This document shows positions 1 through 13,273 of a DNA stretch of 64,000 nt, piece after piece. The stretch's first letter is position 1. The number at the start of each line of letters is the position of its first letter. The stretch comes from Octopus bimaculoides (taxonomy: Eukaryota), in the NCBI RefSeq assembly GCF_001194135.2, contig NC_069005.1, positions 20,977,947 through 21,041,946 of the forward strand. Direction: 5' to 3'. Position numbers and translations under genes: made by a program. Below the pieces are notes generated by a model. The model did not search any database, was not told the origin of the DNA, and worked only from the letters and a program-made list of their open reading frames with translations.

Positions 1-4
1 TATG

Positions 5-38
<34 letters not shown>

Positions 39-59
39 ATATATATACATACATATATG

Positions 60-90
<31 letters not shown>

Positions 91-170
91 GCATGTATGT
101 ATGTATGTGTATATATATATATATATGTAAACCTTTGGTGAAACTGAAAGAAGCCTGTTGTATATATGTA

Positions 171-207
<37 letters not shown>

Positions 208-1489
208 TTAGATAAATAGATAGATAGACCTTTGGCGATGTATTGTGCTTAAGAGGACCCATCAAGCCAAGTGCTCCCGTGCCGGTAGCACATAAAAAAC
301 ACCTTTCAAGGATTGGGCCTCATGGAGGCAAAGTGGCTGAATTCCTTTCGAGTGTCGGGCCTCACGGAGGCAATGACTGAGACTTCTGGTATTATGTTGT
401 GCTTGAGAAGAAGACTCATCATGTCAAGCCAAATCGCAAGTCGTGGCAGATACCGGTGTCTTGCAAATTGGCACCCATGTTGGTGGCACATAAAAATACC
501 CTGGTGTCATGTAAATGGCACATAAAAGCACCCATTACACTCTTGGAGTGATTGGTGTTATTTAGGGCATCCAGCTATAGAAAACCATGCCAAATCAGAC
601 TGGAGTCTGGTGCAGCCTTGCAGCATGCCAGCCAGATCAAACCATCCAACTCATGCCAGTATGGATAACAGACGTTAAATGATGATATATATATATATAG
701 GTATGTATATTTGCGTGTCTCTGTTTGTCTCCCACACCATCGCTTGACAACTGATATTGGTGTATTTATGTCCCCATAACTTAATGGTTTGGCAAAAGAG
801 ACCGATAGAATAAGTACTAGACTTACAAAGAATAAGTCCAGGGGTCAATTTGTTCAACTAAAACCCCTTAAGTTGACACTCCAGCATGGCCACAGTCAAA
901 TGACTGAAACAAGTAAAAGAATATACATATGTGTATATGTGTATCTATGTCTGTGTGTGTGTGTCTTTGTTTGCCTTCCATCATTGCTTTACAACTAGTG
1001 CTGGTTTATTTATGTACCTGTAACTTAGCAGCTTGGAAAAAAGAGACTGACAGAATAATTATTAGCGTTGATTTGTTCCACTAAACCATTCAAGGCAGTA
1101 CCCCAATATGGTCGGAGTACAGTGACTGAAACAAGTAAAAGATAAAAATGATAAGGGAAAACTACACAATGCGTGTGTAGGGTATGTGATGGTGTAGTGT
1201 AACTTGGAACAGTAAATGCAGAGAATGGTATATGTTGATTGTAATATGTGTGATGATGCGTACAGGGAATATAGAGATATATGTGGTGTGTATAAGCTGC
1301 ATGATGGTGTATAATAATGTATATAAAGGACAATGTGTGTAGAATGTGTGATAGTATAAGGTTGTGAATACAGAGAACTATGTGTGTGTGTGTGTGTGTG
1401 TCTGTAAGATGTATGCTTGTGTATGGTAGTATATACAGGATGTGGATGGTATTCATGCGATTATCAACTGCTAATTTTACACCTGACTT

Positions 1490-1680
1490 CAGCCCCCTTC
1501 ACTGCTTTGTCTGGGGGCTACAACACAAAATACAAGCTGAGGACTAGGGATGCTAGTGCCTTCAGGAGCCTAAAATGGGAGATAGTAACAAAGGCTTATG
1601 GCCAATTTCGAGGTCACCTGGAGGCTGTCATCAAGATCAAAGTCAGCTTCATCAAGTGAGATCAACAGAACATGTCATGA
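1490..1680 (+). mobile_element. Tc1/mariner transposase C-terminal remnant
   Basis: WEIVTKAYGQFRGHLEAVIKIKVSFIK-stop resembles the typical ..AC..FR.RLEAVI...G..IE ending. Confidence 0.55.
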
Positions 1681-2460
1681 AGACAAACTGACCCAAATCT
1701 GATGAATATATCACAAAAAGTAAAAACACTTTAATTTTTTTCTGAGACAGTCATCATATGAATGAATACTGCCCACACACTGAATACAAAACTCTATATG
1801 TGTACCATATGTGATGGCACATGGCTAGGTTACATGGAGAATTATATTATGCTTTCAAGTATGAAATTTGTAGTAAGGTATATGGTAAATTTTGACAGCT
1901 GCTCATTTTGCACGGTTAACTTTGCCTTTCATCCTATCAGGATCAATAAAATAAGTACCTGTCTTTATTATTTAGTTTTCCCAACCAAAGCTTATTGATA
2001 AATTGCCTAATTAAAATAATATTATAGCTGGGGGCATATATTTCAGGTGTGCCAGTTGTGCACTGCACACCCATAAAAAATGGCAAACTCATTATAAATA
2101 TTTACCTTACTCATTAATCTAATTATAAATCTTGATGGAAAACTTTTGTTACACCCCTGCTTGAAATTTGGTGGCAGTACACCCAATACAACAACCACCA
2201 TACACTGCTGGTTATAACTGATTCAATGCTTTTTTAGCAATAACTGGCGTTCCATCAAATCTTTCAGCAATGATTTGATGATTTTAAAAACAAACCATAT
2301 ATGCCTTTTAAAGCTTTTGATAGAAATTTTTAAGAGAAACAGAACTAACTTCAGTTTCATTTTTATTTGATTCATACAAACCAAATTATTACTGTGGCAA
2401 CTATAATTTTTGTAATTGGTTCAATGTTTTTCCCTACATTGAAAAATATTTTTATAGGTT

Positions 2461-2679
2461 CAATTTAGTATTTAAGCCGGCCATATCCAGCCAAAATATT
2501 CTACCTGTTTTATGTTCAAACTGGCCAGATCTGCTTTCTCAATTCTACCCAACAATGTTATTCAAAAAATTAACAGTTACCTCATCAAAATCTCAAAGCT
2601 ACGAGATGCTGCATGATTGATTTAAAACAATGTGAATAAATAAGCATTACGTTTGACAATGTGAATGCTAAAGGGTTAA
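2461..2679. mobile_element. piggyBac-like MITE family
   Basis: Family termini (TTAA)CCCTTTAGCATT...AATGCTAAAGGG(TTAA); the left end of this copy is degraded. Other copies at 8116-8336, 45517-45722 and 62105-62263. Confidence 0.7.
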
Positions 2680-3856
2680 TGTCATGCATACTTTCAAATG
2701 CTTTTTCTTGCAATGTTTTTCTCAAATAAAGAATATTTTTTTAATTGTTGTCTTGGTATATATTTGTTGGGAATTTGTTTATCTACCTTGTGTGTGTGTG
2801 TGTGTTACTGTCTCCTTGTTTTGTCATCATATGATAGCTGTAAACAAGTGTCACCATAATGCAAAGCAGTGTTCTTTCTTTCCAATCTTCTTTGAAAACA
2901 TGTCTGGTTATGGAGACATATTACCTTACTTGGAAACGAGAGTTGGTGATAGGAAAGGCATCCAACCATGAGAAATTTGCTTCAATATAATTCTGTCCAA
3001 CCCATGCAAAAAGTGGATGCAAAAACAATGACGACAAGGAAGAAGAATGAGAAGAAGAAAAAGGAGAAGAGGGAGAGGAAGAACAAGAAAAAGAAGGATA
3101 ATAATAATAATAATAATAATAATAATTTTCAAATGTAGAAATCCAAGTCCAAATCACACTCTGGGAGACAATCCCACATATGACAGCAAATCATAAGAAA
3201 TTTTACAGTAACACCTATGTGTTCGATTGGTTAACCAACCTTGAGTAAAAGTTTTCTCAAATCTATAATTCTTTTAGAAACCAGTAATATCTATCATAAA
3301 ACCTCGACTTCCCCACTAAGAAGAAACAGCACTACAACACAAATTAATTGATTTCCATATATTTATTTGAAAGCATGTTACAAGCATTGTTTGTGTTTGC
3401 AAATGCAAATATTTGTGACACACATGTGACAAAAATGCACATGAAATATTTGCAAAAGAAATATTAAAAAGCAATAAAACAAAATGTGTTGTATGAAACA
3501 CGACAATCTTTAATAACAATTCAATTCCATATTTATATTGTTTATAATAAAATAAATGTTTCATTCTAAAAGTATATCGATTGTATCTAAAAGGTGCCCC
3601 AATTTCATTACTGGGCTGCATAGATAAAAAATATATAGATGTGTGTGTGCGTATGTGTATGCATGTACGTATGTATCAATTATACATATGATAAATATAT
3701 ATATTGTATACTTAATTTTGAGCATACTATATATATTTGTATGTATGTATATATATGGAGAATGTATATGTATGTACATATACTTAATAATTCTGTGTAT
3801 ATAATATATATGTGCGTATGTATATATGGTTTGCACAAAATTAGCTGTGCTTTCTA

Positions 3857-3897
<41 letters not shown>

Positions 3898-4176
3898 CAC
3901 AGAAACAATTAAGGACAAGATTAAGTTTTTAAAATTCATTAAAAGACAAATTAATTTTTGTTGTTGAACAAATGTTTTTTTTTTTACTTGTATTAGAAGT
4001 ATTACAACATCAATTTAGATCATTGATGATTGGAAAATTAAATGATGTGGTGGGATATTTTTTTAAAACAGATAACTTAAAGCTTTTAAAAATGCATTTC
4101 ATTGTAAAACGACGCTTTGAAATGAACTCTGCACTCAAATGTTATCTGCTTGGTTTCTTGAGAGAGAAGTAAATAG

Positions 4177-4261
4177 TTATATGTTGTCAAGAAGTATGTC
4201 ACTATCAATCATTTCAGTGGGTGACATTGTATCATTCTCCAGATTAGTTTTCTTGAGAGAC
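4177..4261 (-). CDS. XRCC4: XRCC4 last coding exon
   Basis: Long polypyrimidine acceptor ttttttctgttatttcag. SLKKTNLENDTMSPTEMIDSDILLDNI-stop resembles the human C-terminus SPEDLFDEI. The ten exons total 945 nt, i.e. 314 aa plus stop. Confidence 0.85.
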
Positions 4262-4384
4262 CTGAAATAACAGAAAAAATAGGAAAAAGATGAAAAGGAA
4301 ACTATAACATGACTGAAATCCTATGACATTCACAGGGGCTTCAACATCTACAGAACATTTAATATTTATTATTACAATATCTTA

Positions 4385-5045
4385 GGGTGGCGAGCTGGCA
4401 AAATTGTTAGTAAGCTGGGGGAAATGCTTAATGGCATTTAACCTTTCAAAGTCTGCTGAGGTCCACTTTGCCTTTTATCCTTTCAGGGTCAATAAAATAA
4501 CTATCAGTTGAGCACTGGGGTTGATGTAATTGACTTATTCACTCCCTTGAAATTGCTGGCCTTGTGCCAAAATTTGAAATTATTATTACAATATCTTAGG
4601 GTGGTGAGCTAGCAGAATGGTTAGCATGTCGGGCGAAATGCTTAGCAGCATTCCACCTGTCTTTACTGTCTGACTTCAAATTCCACCGAGTCAACTTTGC
4701 CTTTCGTCCTTTCAGGGTCGATAAAATAAGTACCAGTTGTGTACTGGAGTTGATTTAACTGACTTAGTTACTCCCACAAAGCTGCTGGCTTTTTTGACAA
4801 ATTTTGAAACCATTATTGCAATATTTTAGATTGGTAAGCTTGCAGAATCATTAGTGTGTTGGACAAAATACTTGGTGGCATTTTTTCTGACTTTACATTC
4901 TGAGTTCAGATGCTACTGGGGTCAACTTTGCCTTTCATCCTTGCAGAGTCAACAAAATAAGTACCAAGTGAGAACTACGGTCGGTATAATTGACTCACCT
5001 TCTCTTGTAAAATTGCTAGCACTGTGCCAAAATTAGAAAGATTTA
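4385..5045 (+). mobile_element. Three head-to-tail copies of tRNA-derived SINE family B
   Basis: Each unit is GGYGAGCTGGCAGAAT...GTTCAAAT...CTTTGCCTTTCATCCTTTC.GGGTC.ATAAAATAAGTACCAG...GCCTTGTGCCAAAA plus a (ATT)n tail. Confidence 0.88.
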
Positions 5046-5701
5046 TTGTAAAATCTGATGACTTTTAAATCTATTCTGTCCCCTGTTCACGTGAGACATT
5101 ATTTATGTAGCCAGTTTTCTAGTGACTGTGGAACCATACAACTACTTTTGTTCTGTCTTCAGTTTAGGCAAGACATTAAATGGATCCAGTTCTTTGATCA
5201 TGGGCAGTTCTAGTTATTGTCACAAACATATACATATCTATACATATTAGTGGCATATGGTGGTTGTTGTATTGAGTGTGCAGCCACACCCATGTCACCA
5301 AATTTCAAGCAGGGGTATAGCAAAGGTTTTCCATTAGGATTTGTGAGTAAGGTTTATATTCATAATGAATTTGCCATTTTCAATGGGTGTGCAGTGCACA
5401 CTGAGCACACCCAGAATATATAGCCCTGATACATATATGTATACAATATGTGTGTGTGTGTGTGTATGTAATGAACTTCTGTACAATTTCTGTTCACCAA
5501 AATTGAAGGCTACAGTAGAAGTCACCAGCCTAAGTTTCAACTAGATAGGATTGAACCTAAAACCATGTGGTAGAAAAGCAAATTTCTAAACTAAATGGCT
5601 ACATCTGTGTCCTGTTATTATTTGAAATTTTTTTAAAGAGACTTAAGAATTTCCCACTGAAAAAAAACAAAAAAAAACGATGGTGGAAAGTGATGGTTTA
5701 C

Positions 5702-5830
5702 CGTTTTCTAGGCAATGAATTTCTTTTTGTTGTGGCTGTAGATGATGGATATGAAACTGATGATGATGATGTTGTTGTAGTTAAAACCTTTGCCCTCTTT
5801 TTTTCTTTAAAATGTGTCTCCAGGTTTTGT
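5702..5830 (-). CDS. XRCC4: XRCC4 coding exon 9 (basic, NLS-like)
   Basis: Acceptor cttttttatttttgcag and donor GTAAAC, phase 2 to 2. Encodes QNLETHFKEKKRAKVLTTTTSSSSVSYPSSTATTKRNSLPRK. Confidence 0.75.
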
Positions 5831-7644
5831 CTGCAAAAATAAAAAAGAAACACAAAAATACTGGTGTCATAGAAACAGACTTTGTAATTCTTCACATATT
5901 GTCTGAATGTGAGAGAGTGTGAGTGTGTATATATATGTTTGTGTGTGTGTGTGTGTGGGCATAAATACATATGTATGAACATATGTGATGGGGCACGCAT
6001 CAATGTGCATTTGTGTGTACACATGTAAATAAATGTGAATGAGTGCATATGTGTTTATGTGTGTGTATGTTTGAGTGTGTGCATGTGGGTGTTCAGTAAA
6101 TCTATGAATGTAAGTTCATTGAGGGAAAATAACAATGCAGGTGATACATCATTTATAATACTGTGTAACAAATTTTGTTGTTTTTGTCTTTGGTCAGTAA
6201 GTGTTACTTCCTATTTGGTTCTATTTAAAAATCAAAGAAAATGACTACTATTCCCTTCAAACTTTACTTTTGGAACCTGGACATCAATGTTTTGAAACCG
6301 ACCTGTTTTCCATTACATTTCAGACAGATTTAGTGGTGAGTTGCTGAAGCAGAAATATCATTATAGCAAATATTTTGCTCAATACCACAAATTTGCTTGT
6401 CAGTTGCTTGATCTTAATCACTTGATCATGTCTGTTAGTGACTGACAATATGTGCATTTCTGATCATGAGCAGGAGTAGCGGTGTGGGGGAGGGGCAGCC
6501 ACATAGCCATGTGTTGATAGAGATTCTTTGGGGTTTGAATAAATGTAACAAAAGTAAAATTTGAAGGAAATATTAACATTTTTCATACTTTCTCGGGGTA
6601 AGCAAATAGGAAATAATAGTTGCTACCCAAGGATAAAAATCATGTTATTTAATTGCGAGCCAATACATTTGCAGTAGATTCAATGTCATGTGAAGTACGT
6701 GAAAGGTGAATTTATCTGACAATTCTGTTGCACACACATGAAACATGGCGAGTCACAAAGTTCTCCATTGACAAGCTCTTAATGTTTGTAAACAAATGTC
6801 TCTGAAACATCTTTCTGAAACAAATGTCTCTGAAACATCGACAGAATAACAAATAAAGCCTTGTGGAAACATGTATCCAGCAACCTATTGAAATCAGATC
6901 AAAAGGAGGAAATGTAGGTTGGTTGAAAAACTTGTTTCGAACATTACAAGGCAAGTCTGGTGATGGACACTACAGAAGCATGGCAGACCAAAAACAACAT
7001 GAAGCCCTTCCTCAGAAACTGAAATTCTGTCAGACAGCTACATCTGGGGACAACTGCAATCCACTGCTAAAGATCAAGACGGAAATATCTTGTTGGCACC
7101 TTATGCTTCACATGGAATTAAAGGATTAAGAAGAAACACTATTATACTGGAGCAGTGGATTAGTAGATCATTTGAGCATTGGACAAAATGCCTTGCAGTG
7201 TTTTGTTCTGGCTCTATGTTCTATGTTGAAATCCTGTCTCTCTTTTATTCTTTCAGAATCAATAAAATAAAACCCTAGTTGTTATTTATATTATGTACAC
7301 TATTTACATTAGTCAGACTGGTGTTCTCATCTTGATTGTTACTATCACTATGTTATGGCTGTTGTATGCTCCTGCCTTCTTCAAGTGTCTTGTGTTGAAC
7401 GTGGTTGTTGTATTGAAGTTTTGAACCTAATCCTTTATTTGATCCATGGGGGGTACACTGTTCTTTAATGATAGGTCTTCTACAGCAGAGTTGATCTAGG
7501 TATAAACAATATTAATAACAATATCCTAAAGTGACATCACTGCACATGCAAGCCCTACATCCACCTACAACACTGTACATATGTGCAGCGGATTACATGT
7601 TTACTACAACTAAAATTAGGAAAAATAACAGAGAATATAATAAC

Positions 7645-7706
7645 CTGGATGTCAAACTGATTTCTTCATCACTTGACTCATCAGAAAACATTGGTTTTGG
7701 TTCCGT
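7645..7706 (-). CDS. XRCC4: XRCC4 coding exon 8
   Basis: Acceptor ttttttctcttcag; the donor GTTATT is weaker. TEPKPMFSDESSDEEISLTS resembles human DPVYDESTDEESE. Confidence 0.75.
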
Positions 7707-8454
7707 CTGAAGAGAAAAAAATGAAGTGGACTTTGATTTTAGGTAGAAATAATTATCTAAATGATTTGTTAGTAATAAAAGATTAGTTATATTTGTATTA
7801 TACTTGAGATATTTTATCCAATCATCCATCTCTGCCCACAATTCCTTGGAGAGTTGTGGAGGCTGAGTCCTCACACACCTCCAATAGAGTCCCATTAAAA
7901 ACAACCACTGTTAGACTTACTGGCTGGCTTGCCAAGCTCAACCAACTGAGACTACGGATATTATCCAATCATTTCATTCTTAGTCTGCTCTACGTCTCCT
8001 GCTGATTCGTTTGGCTTGAAGAATCTGCTTTGGGATTCTTTATAGTGACATTCTACTCATGTAGTACTGGAATTGTGATCTCTTAATATAAAGAAGTAGC
8101 AGCTTGAGTCTCTATCCCTTTAGCATTTAAAACTGGCCATATCTGACCAAAATATTCTACTTGTTTTATGTTCAAACTGGCCAGATTCAGCCTCTTACAC
8201 CTACCCTAAAATGTCATGCTAAGAATATACAATCATATCTTTGAAATCTCAAAGCTACAAGATAATACCTGATTAATTCAAAACAACATGAATAAATAAG
8301 GATTACATTTGAGAGAGTAATCTGAATGCTAAAAGGATACTCTCTGAGCTACACACCTTGTCCAGTAACAATACTCCACAGACCCTTTGGAGGAACCCTG
8401 TTTTTGTCACCTGTATTTGTGATTCTACTCTTTGGTCATTACCTAATATTCATT

Positions 8455-8880
8455 ACTACAGGTGAAGATAGGCATGAAAACTGAATCGAAGATAACAAGT
8501 TATCTGTGTATCAGAGATAATCAAGATGTTGTGATAGAGAAGGGTGTATGTATGGACAATGGCATACTTATACTTAGTAATTCTCAAAAGAAAGCAGCAT
8601 GGAAGTGCTGCTATGAAAGTATGTTAAAAGTGGGTAATGTATGGGAGAAAGAGAGTCTTCCCAATGTAGACTTAACAGAAGCTGGGACCAGCCATATGGA
8701 TAAGTAAATCAATTAAGGATATGAAAGCAGGAAAAGCTCCTGGTCTACCAGTAATTACAACTGTGATGCTTAAAATATCTGGCAAAATAGGATACAGCTT
8801 AGTCAATTATATAGTTGATGAGGTTGTATAGGAAGATGTCATACCCAATAACTGGTGTGTTATCACTGATAACACATGTA
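8455..8880 (+). mobile_element. Decayed RTE-type LINE reverse transcriptase fragment
   Basis: SIKDMKAGKAPGLPVITTVMLKISG...VIPNNW matches the LINE RT lead-in K..KAPGPD.I..EMLK...P.DW. Confidence 0.75.
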
Positions 8881-9003
8881 CACACAAATGTATGTATAAA
8901 ATGAAACACCATGAAGCCCTAACGTGAAAGAAATATTGACATGTGTGAAACGTTGGAGGAAAAATTATTGAAATAATAAGGATGTTTTTTTTCAATCACT
9001 TAC

Positions 9004-9031
9004 GTCAATTTGTGTTTCTTGTTCATATATA
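9004..9031 (-). CDS. XRCC4: XRCC4 coding micro-exon 7 (28 nt)
   Basis: Acceptor tttttttctttccag and donor GTAAGT, phase 2 to 0. Encodes (S)IYEQETQID and supplies exactly the phase needed to join exons 6 and 8. Confidence 0.75.
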
Positions 9032-11377
9032 CTGGAAAGAAAAAAATTTAAATATGATTAATTTTTGACATTTTATGAGAAGTAAGACAGTCATTGCACT
9101 GACTGACAAAGATTCACGCTTTGACATATGACAACTCTCATCCCACAAACACACTACATTGCTCTCTTCACAGTTCTAGAGTCAGAGACGTTCCAACTAT
9201 GGCCATCTCATCATCATCATCATCGTTGTTGTTTAATGTCCAGTCTCCATGTTAGCATGGGCTGGATGGTTTGACATGGAGCTGGCTAGCGAGGAGCTAT
9301 CCAGACTCCAACTGTCTGTTGTGACATGGTTTCTATGGCTGGATGCCCTTTCTAATGCCAACCACTTAACAGAGTGTGCTGGGTGTCTTTCATATGTTAC
9401 CATCATAAGTACGTTTATGCAACACTAGCACAGGTGTGTTAACGCAGCACTGGCGCGGGTAGCACCTGTAAAGACAAGCCTGTATGTGTGGAAGACAGCG
9501 ATTTTACTTAACTTGACCTGTCTTACACTATTTTTCAGATACAGTACAACTAAGGCCATATTATCACTTTACTTACTTAAGCTCTTCACGTATGAAGCAG
9601 AGGCCATCAATAACTTTTTCCCAAATGATGATGATGATGCTGTTCTCAACACTGGGCTGTCTCTCTCTGCTTCTCTTCAATTGGATCCCCACTTTTTCAG
9701 TTCTGCTTCAGTACCCTTCTTCCAGATATATTTAGGGCATCCTCTCTTCTGTCTCCCCTGTGGGTTCACTGTGTCATATGTTTCCCTGAGGGAAGGCCTT
9801 CCCTCTCCTAGATCTTGTTGGTTTTGTATTGTAATCAATGTTTCTTTGGAGCACCACCTTAAAGAATTTTAGTCGAAGAAATTGACCCCAAGACTTATTC
9901 TTTGTAAGCCTAGTACTTATTCTATCAGTCTCTTTTGCTGGACCACTAGATTAAGGGGACATATACACACCAACATCAGTTGTCAGGAGATTGCGGGGGG
10001 AAAGAACATTTCTAAATGATTAAAATATTGTGTATGTCAAAAAGTCAACGTTTTTTACTTAGAGACTATGAAGACTATGTGTTTGTATATGTCACAGATA
10101 GCGGACATGTGTTTGTGTTGATTGACACGCCATGACATTCATTATATGTGTGTGTATTCTGCATGTGTGTATGTGTGTTGATGTCATGGAAGCCATGTAT
10201 TTTTCCATCAATAAATAACGAACAAAAATTCCGTTTAATTGTTTTCCTTAATAAATAGAGGTCCAAATATCACAAAAATTTGTACTGCACTGCTGAAGGT
10301 ATGTATGAAAATAAATATGCACAAAAAATTGAGAAAAAATATACTATTTCTGAGATATTTCAGGTACACACAGTTTTTAATATTATTAAGATATATATAA
10401 GGCGGCGAACTGGCAGAAACATTAGCGCGCTGGTGAAGAAGGTTAGTGGTATTTTGTCTGTCGTTACGTTCTGAGTTCAAATTCTGCTGTGGTCGAATTT
10501 GCCTTTCATCCTTTCGGGGTTGATAAATTAAGTACCAGTTATGCACTGGGGTCGATGTAATCAACTTAATCCCTTTGTCTGTCCTTATGTGTCCTCTCTA
10601 TGTTTAGCCCCTTGTGGGCAATAAAGAAATAAGTATTTTGTCTGTCTTTATATTCTTAGTTCAATTCCGCTGAGGTCGACTTTGTTATTCATCCTTTTGG
10701 GGTCGATAAATTAAGTACCGGCTTCATACTAGGGTTGATCTAATGCATATACATACATATATATATATATAAATAATACCATTCGAGTGTGATCGTTACC
10801 AGTGTCGCCTTACTGGCACTTGTGCTGGTGGTACGTGGAAAACACCATTTGAGCGTGGCCATTGCCAGTACTGCCTGACTGGCCCTTGTGCCAATGACAT
10901 GCAAAAGCACCCACTACATTCTTGGAGTGGTTGGTGTTAGGAAGGGCATCCAGCTGTAGAAACTCTGCCAGATCAGATTGGAGCCTGGTGCAGCCATCTG
11001 ACTCACTAGTCCCCAGTCAAACCATCCAACCCATGCCAACATGGAAAGCAGATGTTGATGATGATTATGATACATATATATATGTATGTATATATATATA
11101 TATATTCATTCAATAATAGGATAAAATCTTTTACAAGAATTTTATCAAGAAGCATGCGTGAAAAAACTCATAAGGGAAATATATATATATGTACATGAAT
11201 ATATGTATATATATACATACGTATATGCATGTGCATGTGTGTGTGTGTGTGTTAATACTGAACAATGGGAATGATTGCTCAACACCATATTGGTGGATAA
11301 ATATTCTTTATATGTGGGTTAATCAGGCTACCATGTTGAGAGAGACATCGTTCAACAATTATTGAACAAAGTCCCAT

Positions 11378-11551
11378 GAGAAGAAGAAGAAGAAGAAGAA
11401 GAAGAAGAAGAAGAAGAAGAAGAAGAAGAAGAAGAAGAAGAAGAAGAAGAAGAAGAAGAAGAAGAAGAAGAAGAAGAAGAAGAAGGAGAAGAAGAAGAAG
11501 ATGAAGAAGAAGCAGAAGAAGAAGAAGAAGAAGAACAACAACAACAACAAC
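11378..11551 (+). repeat. (GAA)n then (CAA)n microsatellite
   Basis: About 50 GAA units, ending 15 bp from the XRCC4 exon 6 donor. Confidence 0.97.
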
Positions 11552-11565
11552 AAGAAGAATGTTAC

Positions 11566-11650
11566 CTGCTAGAAGGAGATGTTTCCATGTCTGAATCGAC
11601 CTCTTCACACTCTTCAGACGTCTTCAAATCTTTGGATTCTAAATCTTTTA
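11566..11650 (-). CDS. XRCC4: XRCC4 coding exon 6
   Basis: Acceptor ctttttccttttcag and donor GTAACA, phase 1 to 2. Encodes (V)KDLESKDLKTSEECEEVDSDMETSPSS, an acidic tail segment that keeps the frame. Confidence 0.8.
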
Positions 11651-12546
11651 CTGAAAAGGAAAAAGATCTTGAGTTTTAGGATTTCTTTTTGAACATTATA
11701 CAGGTAGTAGGCATGCACACCCACACCACCACAACCACCAGTACCATCACAATCTGTGCTATTCCATATCACTGGAATAAAAACCCAATACTACTACTAC
11801 TACCACCACTTGGTACAAAGGATGTAAACCCAGGTATTTCATTCCAAACATCAAAAGACATATCTTATTTAAGGCAATGGATTAGAAACAGAAAAAGTCA
11901 AATATTACAAATAGGCACAGACGTGGCTATGTAGTAAGAAGCTTGCTTCCCAGCATGGTTCTAGGTTCAGTCCTACTGTATAGCACCTTGGGCAAATATC
12001 TTCTACTAGAGCTCTGGGCCAACCAAAGCCTTGTGAGTGGATTTGGTAAACTAGAAGCTAGTTGTATTTGTGTGGGTGTGTGTGTGTGTGTATGTGTTTG
12101 TGTCTGTGCTTGTCCCCTGCCTATTGCTTGACAACAGGTGTTGGTATGTTTAGGTTTCCATAACCTAGTGGTTCGGCAAAAGAGAACGATAAAATAAGTA
12201 CTAAGCTTACAAAGAATAAGTCCTGGGGTCGATTTATTTGACTAAAACCCTTCAAGGCAGTGCTCCAATGTCAAATGACTGAAACTAGTAAAAGAGTAAA
12301 AGATGCCTTCTACGTCAACTACAAAACTGAAACAAAGTACATTTTATATAGGTTTATGATAGTAATGGAAGGAGCGGCAGTGTTCTTGACCTTCCTAGAC
12401 CATTCTCCTCCTTCCAGGCTGAGGAGAAACTGGAAGTGTCTTGTCTTAATATTGGTAAGAAAACTGAGCAATGGCCTTTGAGCAGGCAGTGGTGGCGTTA
12501 AACATGATAATGTACAATAGGTGCTAAGTCAAATATGTATTCTCAC

Positions 12547-12601
12547 CTTTTTCACGAAGTGTCGAAATTTCAGTCTTTTTGGAATTTAGAACAAGCAAGA
12601 A
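12547..12601 (-). CDS. XRCC4: XRCC4 coding exon 5 (Ligase IV-binding coiled coil)
   Basis: Acceptor tattttgcag and donor GTGAGA. FLLVLNSKKTEISTLREK matches human FILVLNEKKTKIRSLHNK. Confidence 0.93.
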
Positions 12602-12693
12602 CTGCAAAATATACATTAGTTTATATAAATATAGAGAATATAAATGCATATACACACACACTAACCATATAAACATTCCATATATGTCTGTCC

Positions 12694-12737
<44 letters not shown>

Positions 12738-13273
12738 TGGCCAATAAATTTCTTAACGTCTGCCTCACGTGGTCTTGATGTCGCATGGTCAAAATTAATG
12801 TGAGTTATTTAGACATTAGCAAATTTATTAGAATATTTAGCTGAAGATCAGAATGGAGTATTCTTTGCTCTTAACTGTGAAACGATCGTACTAAATTAAC
12901 TAAAGGCAAGTGGTTTTTTTACTCTTCTCTACTGTTTTTTGTTCTGTGTGTATCAAAAATATCGCTATCAATTTAGAGTAAAATTTGTAGTTTTGGAATC
13001 AGTAGTTCTTTGGCTGCTATTTCTGAATTCTCAGTATGTTGGAGAAGCAGGTTACTGTCAATCCCTATATATTTATGATTATTTATTTATTTATTTATAT
13101 ATAATTCTATATACATATATAGATTACAGATAAAATTATGTCTAATGACGTAATGTAATACATATGTATACAATAAGTGCTTTGACTTGAACTGTGACTA
13201 AAACAAAAGTGGTGTTGTAGCTGCCTAGCAATGGATGGCTATAAGTGGTTCATCCTTGAGTGGTAGTTATATA

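Noticed and set aside
7300-7495. Possible extra XRCC4 exon after exon 8
   Set aside because: Every frame hits a stop before a donor. It cannot be excluded as a minor alternative terminal exon.
11279-11608. Poly-Leu and poly-Phe ORFs
   Set aside because: Translations of the (GAA)n microsatellite.
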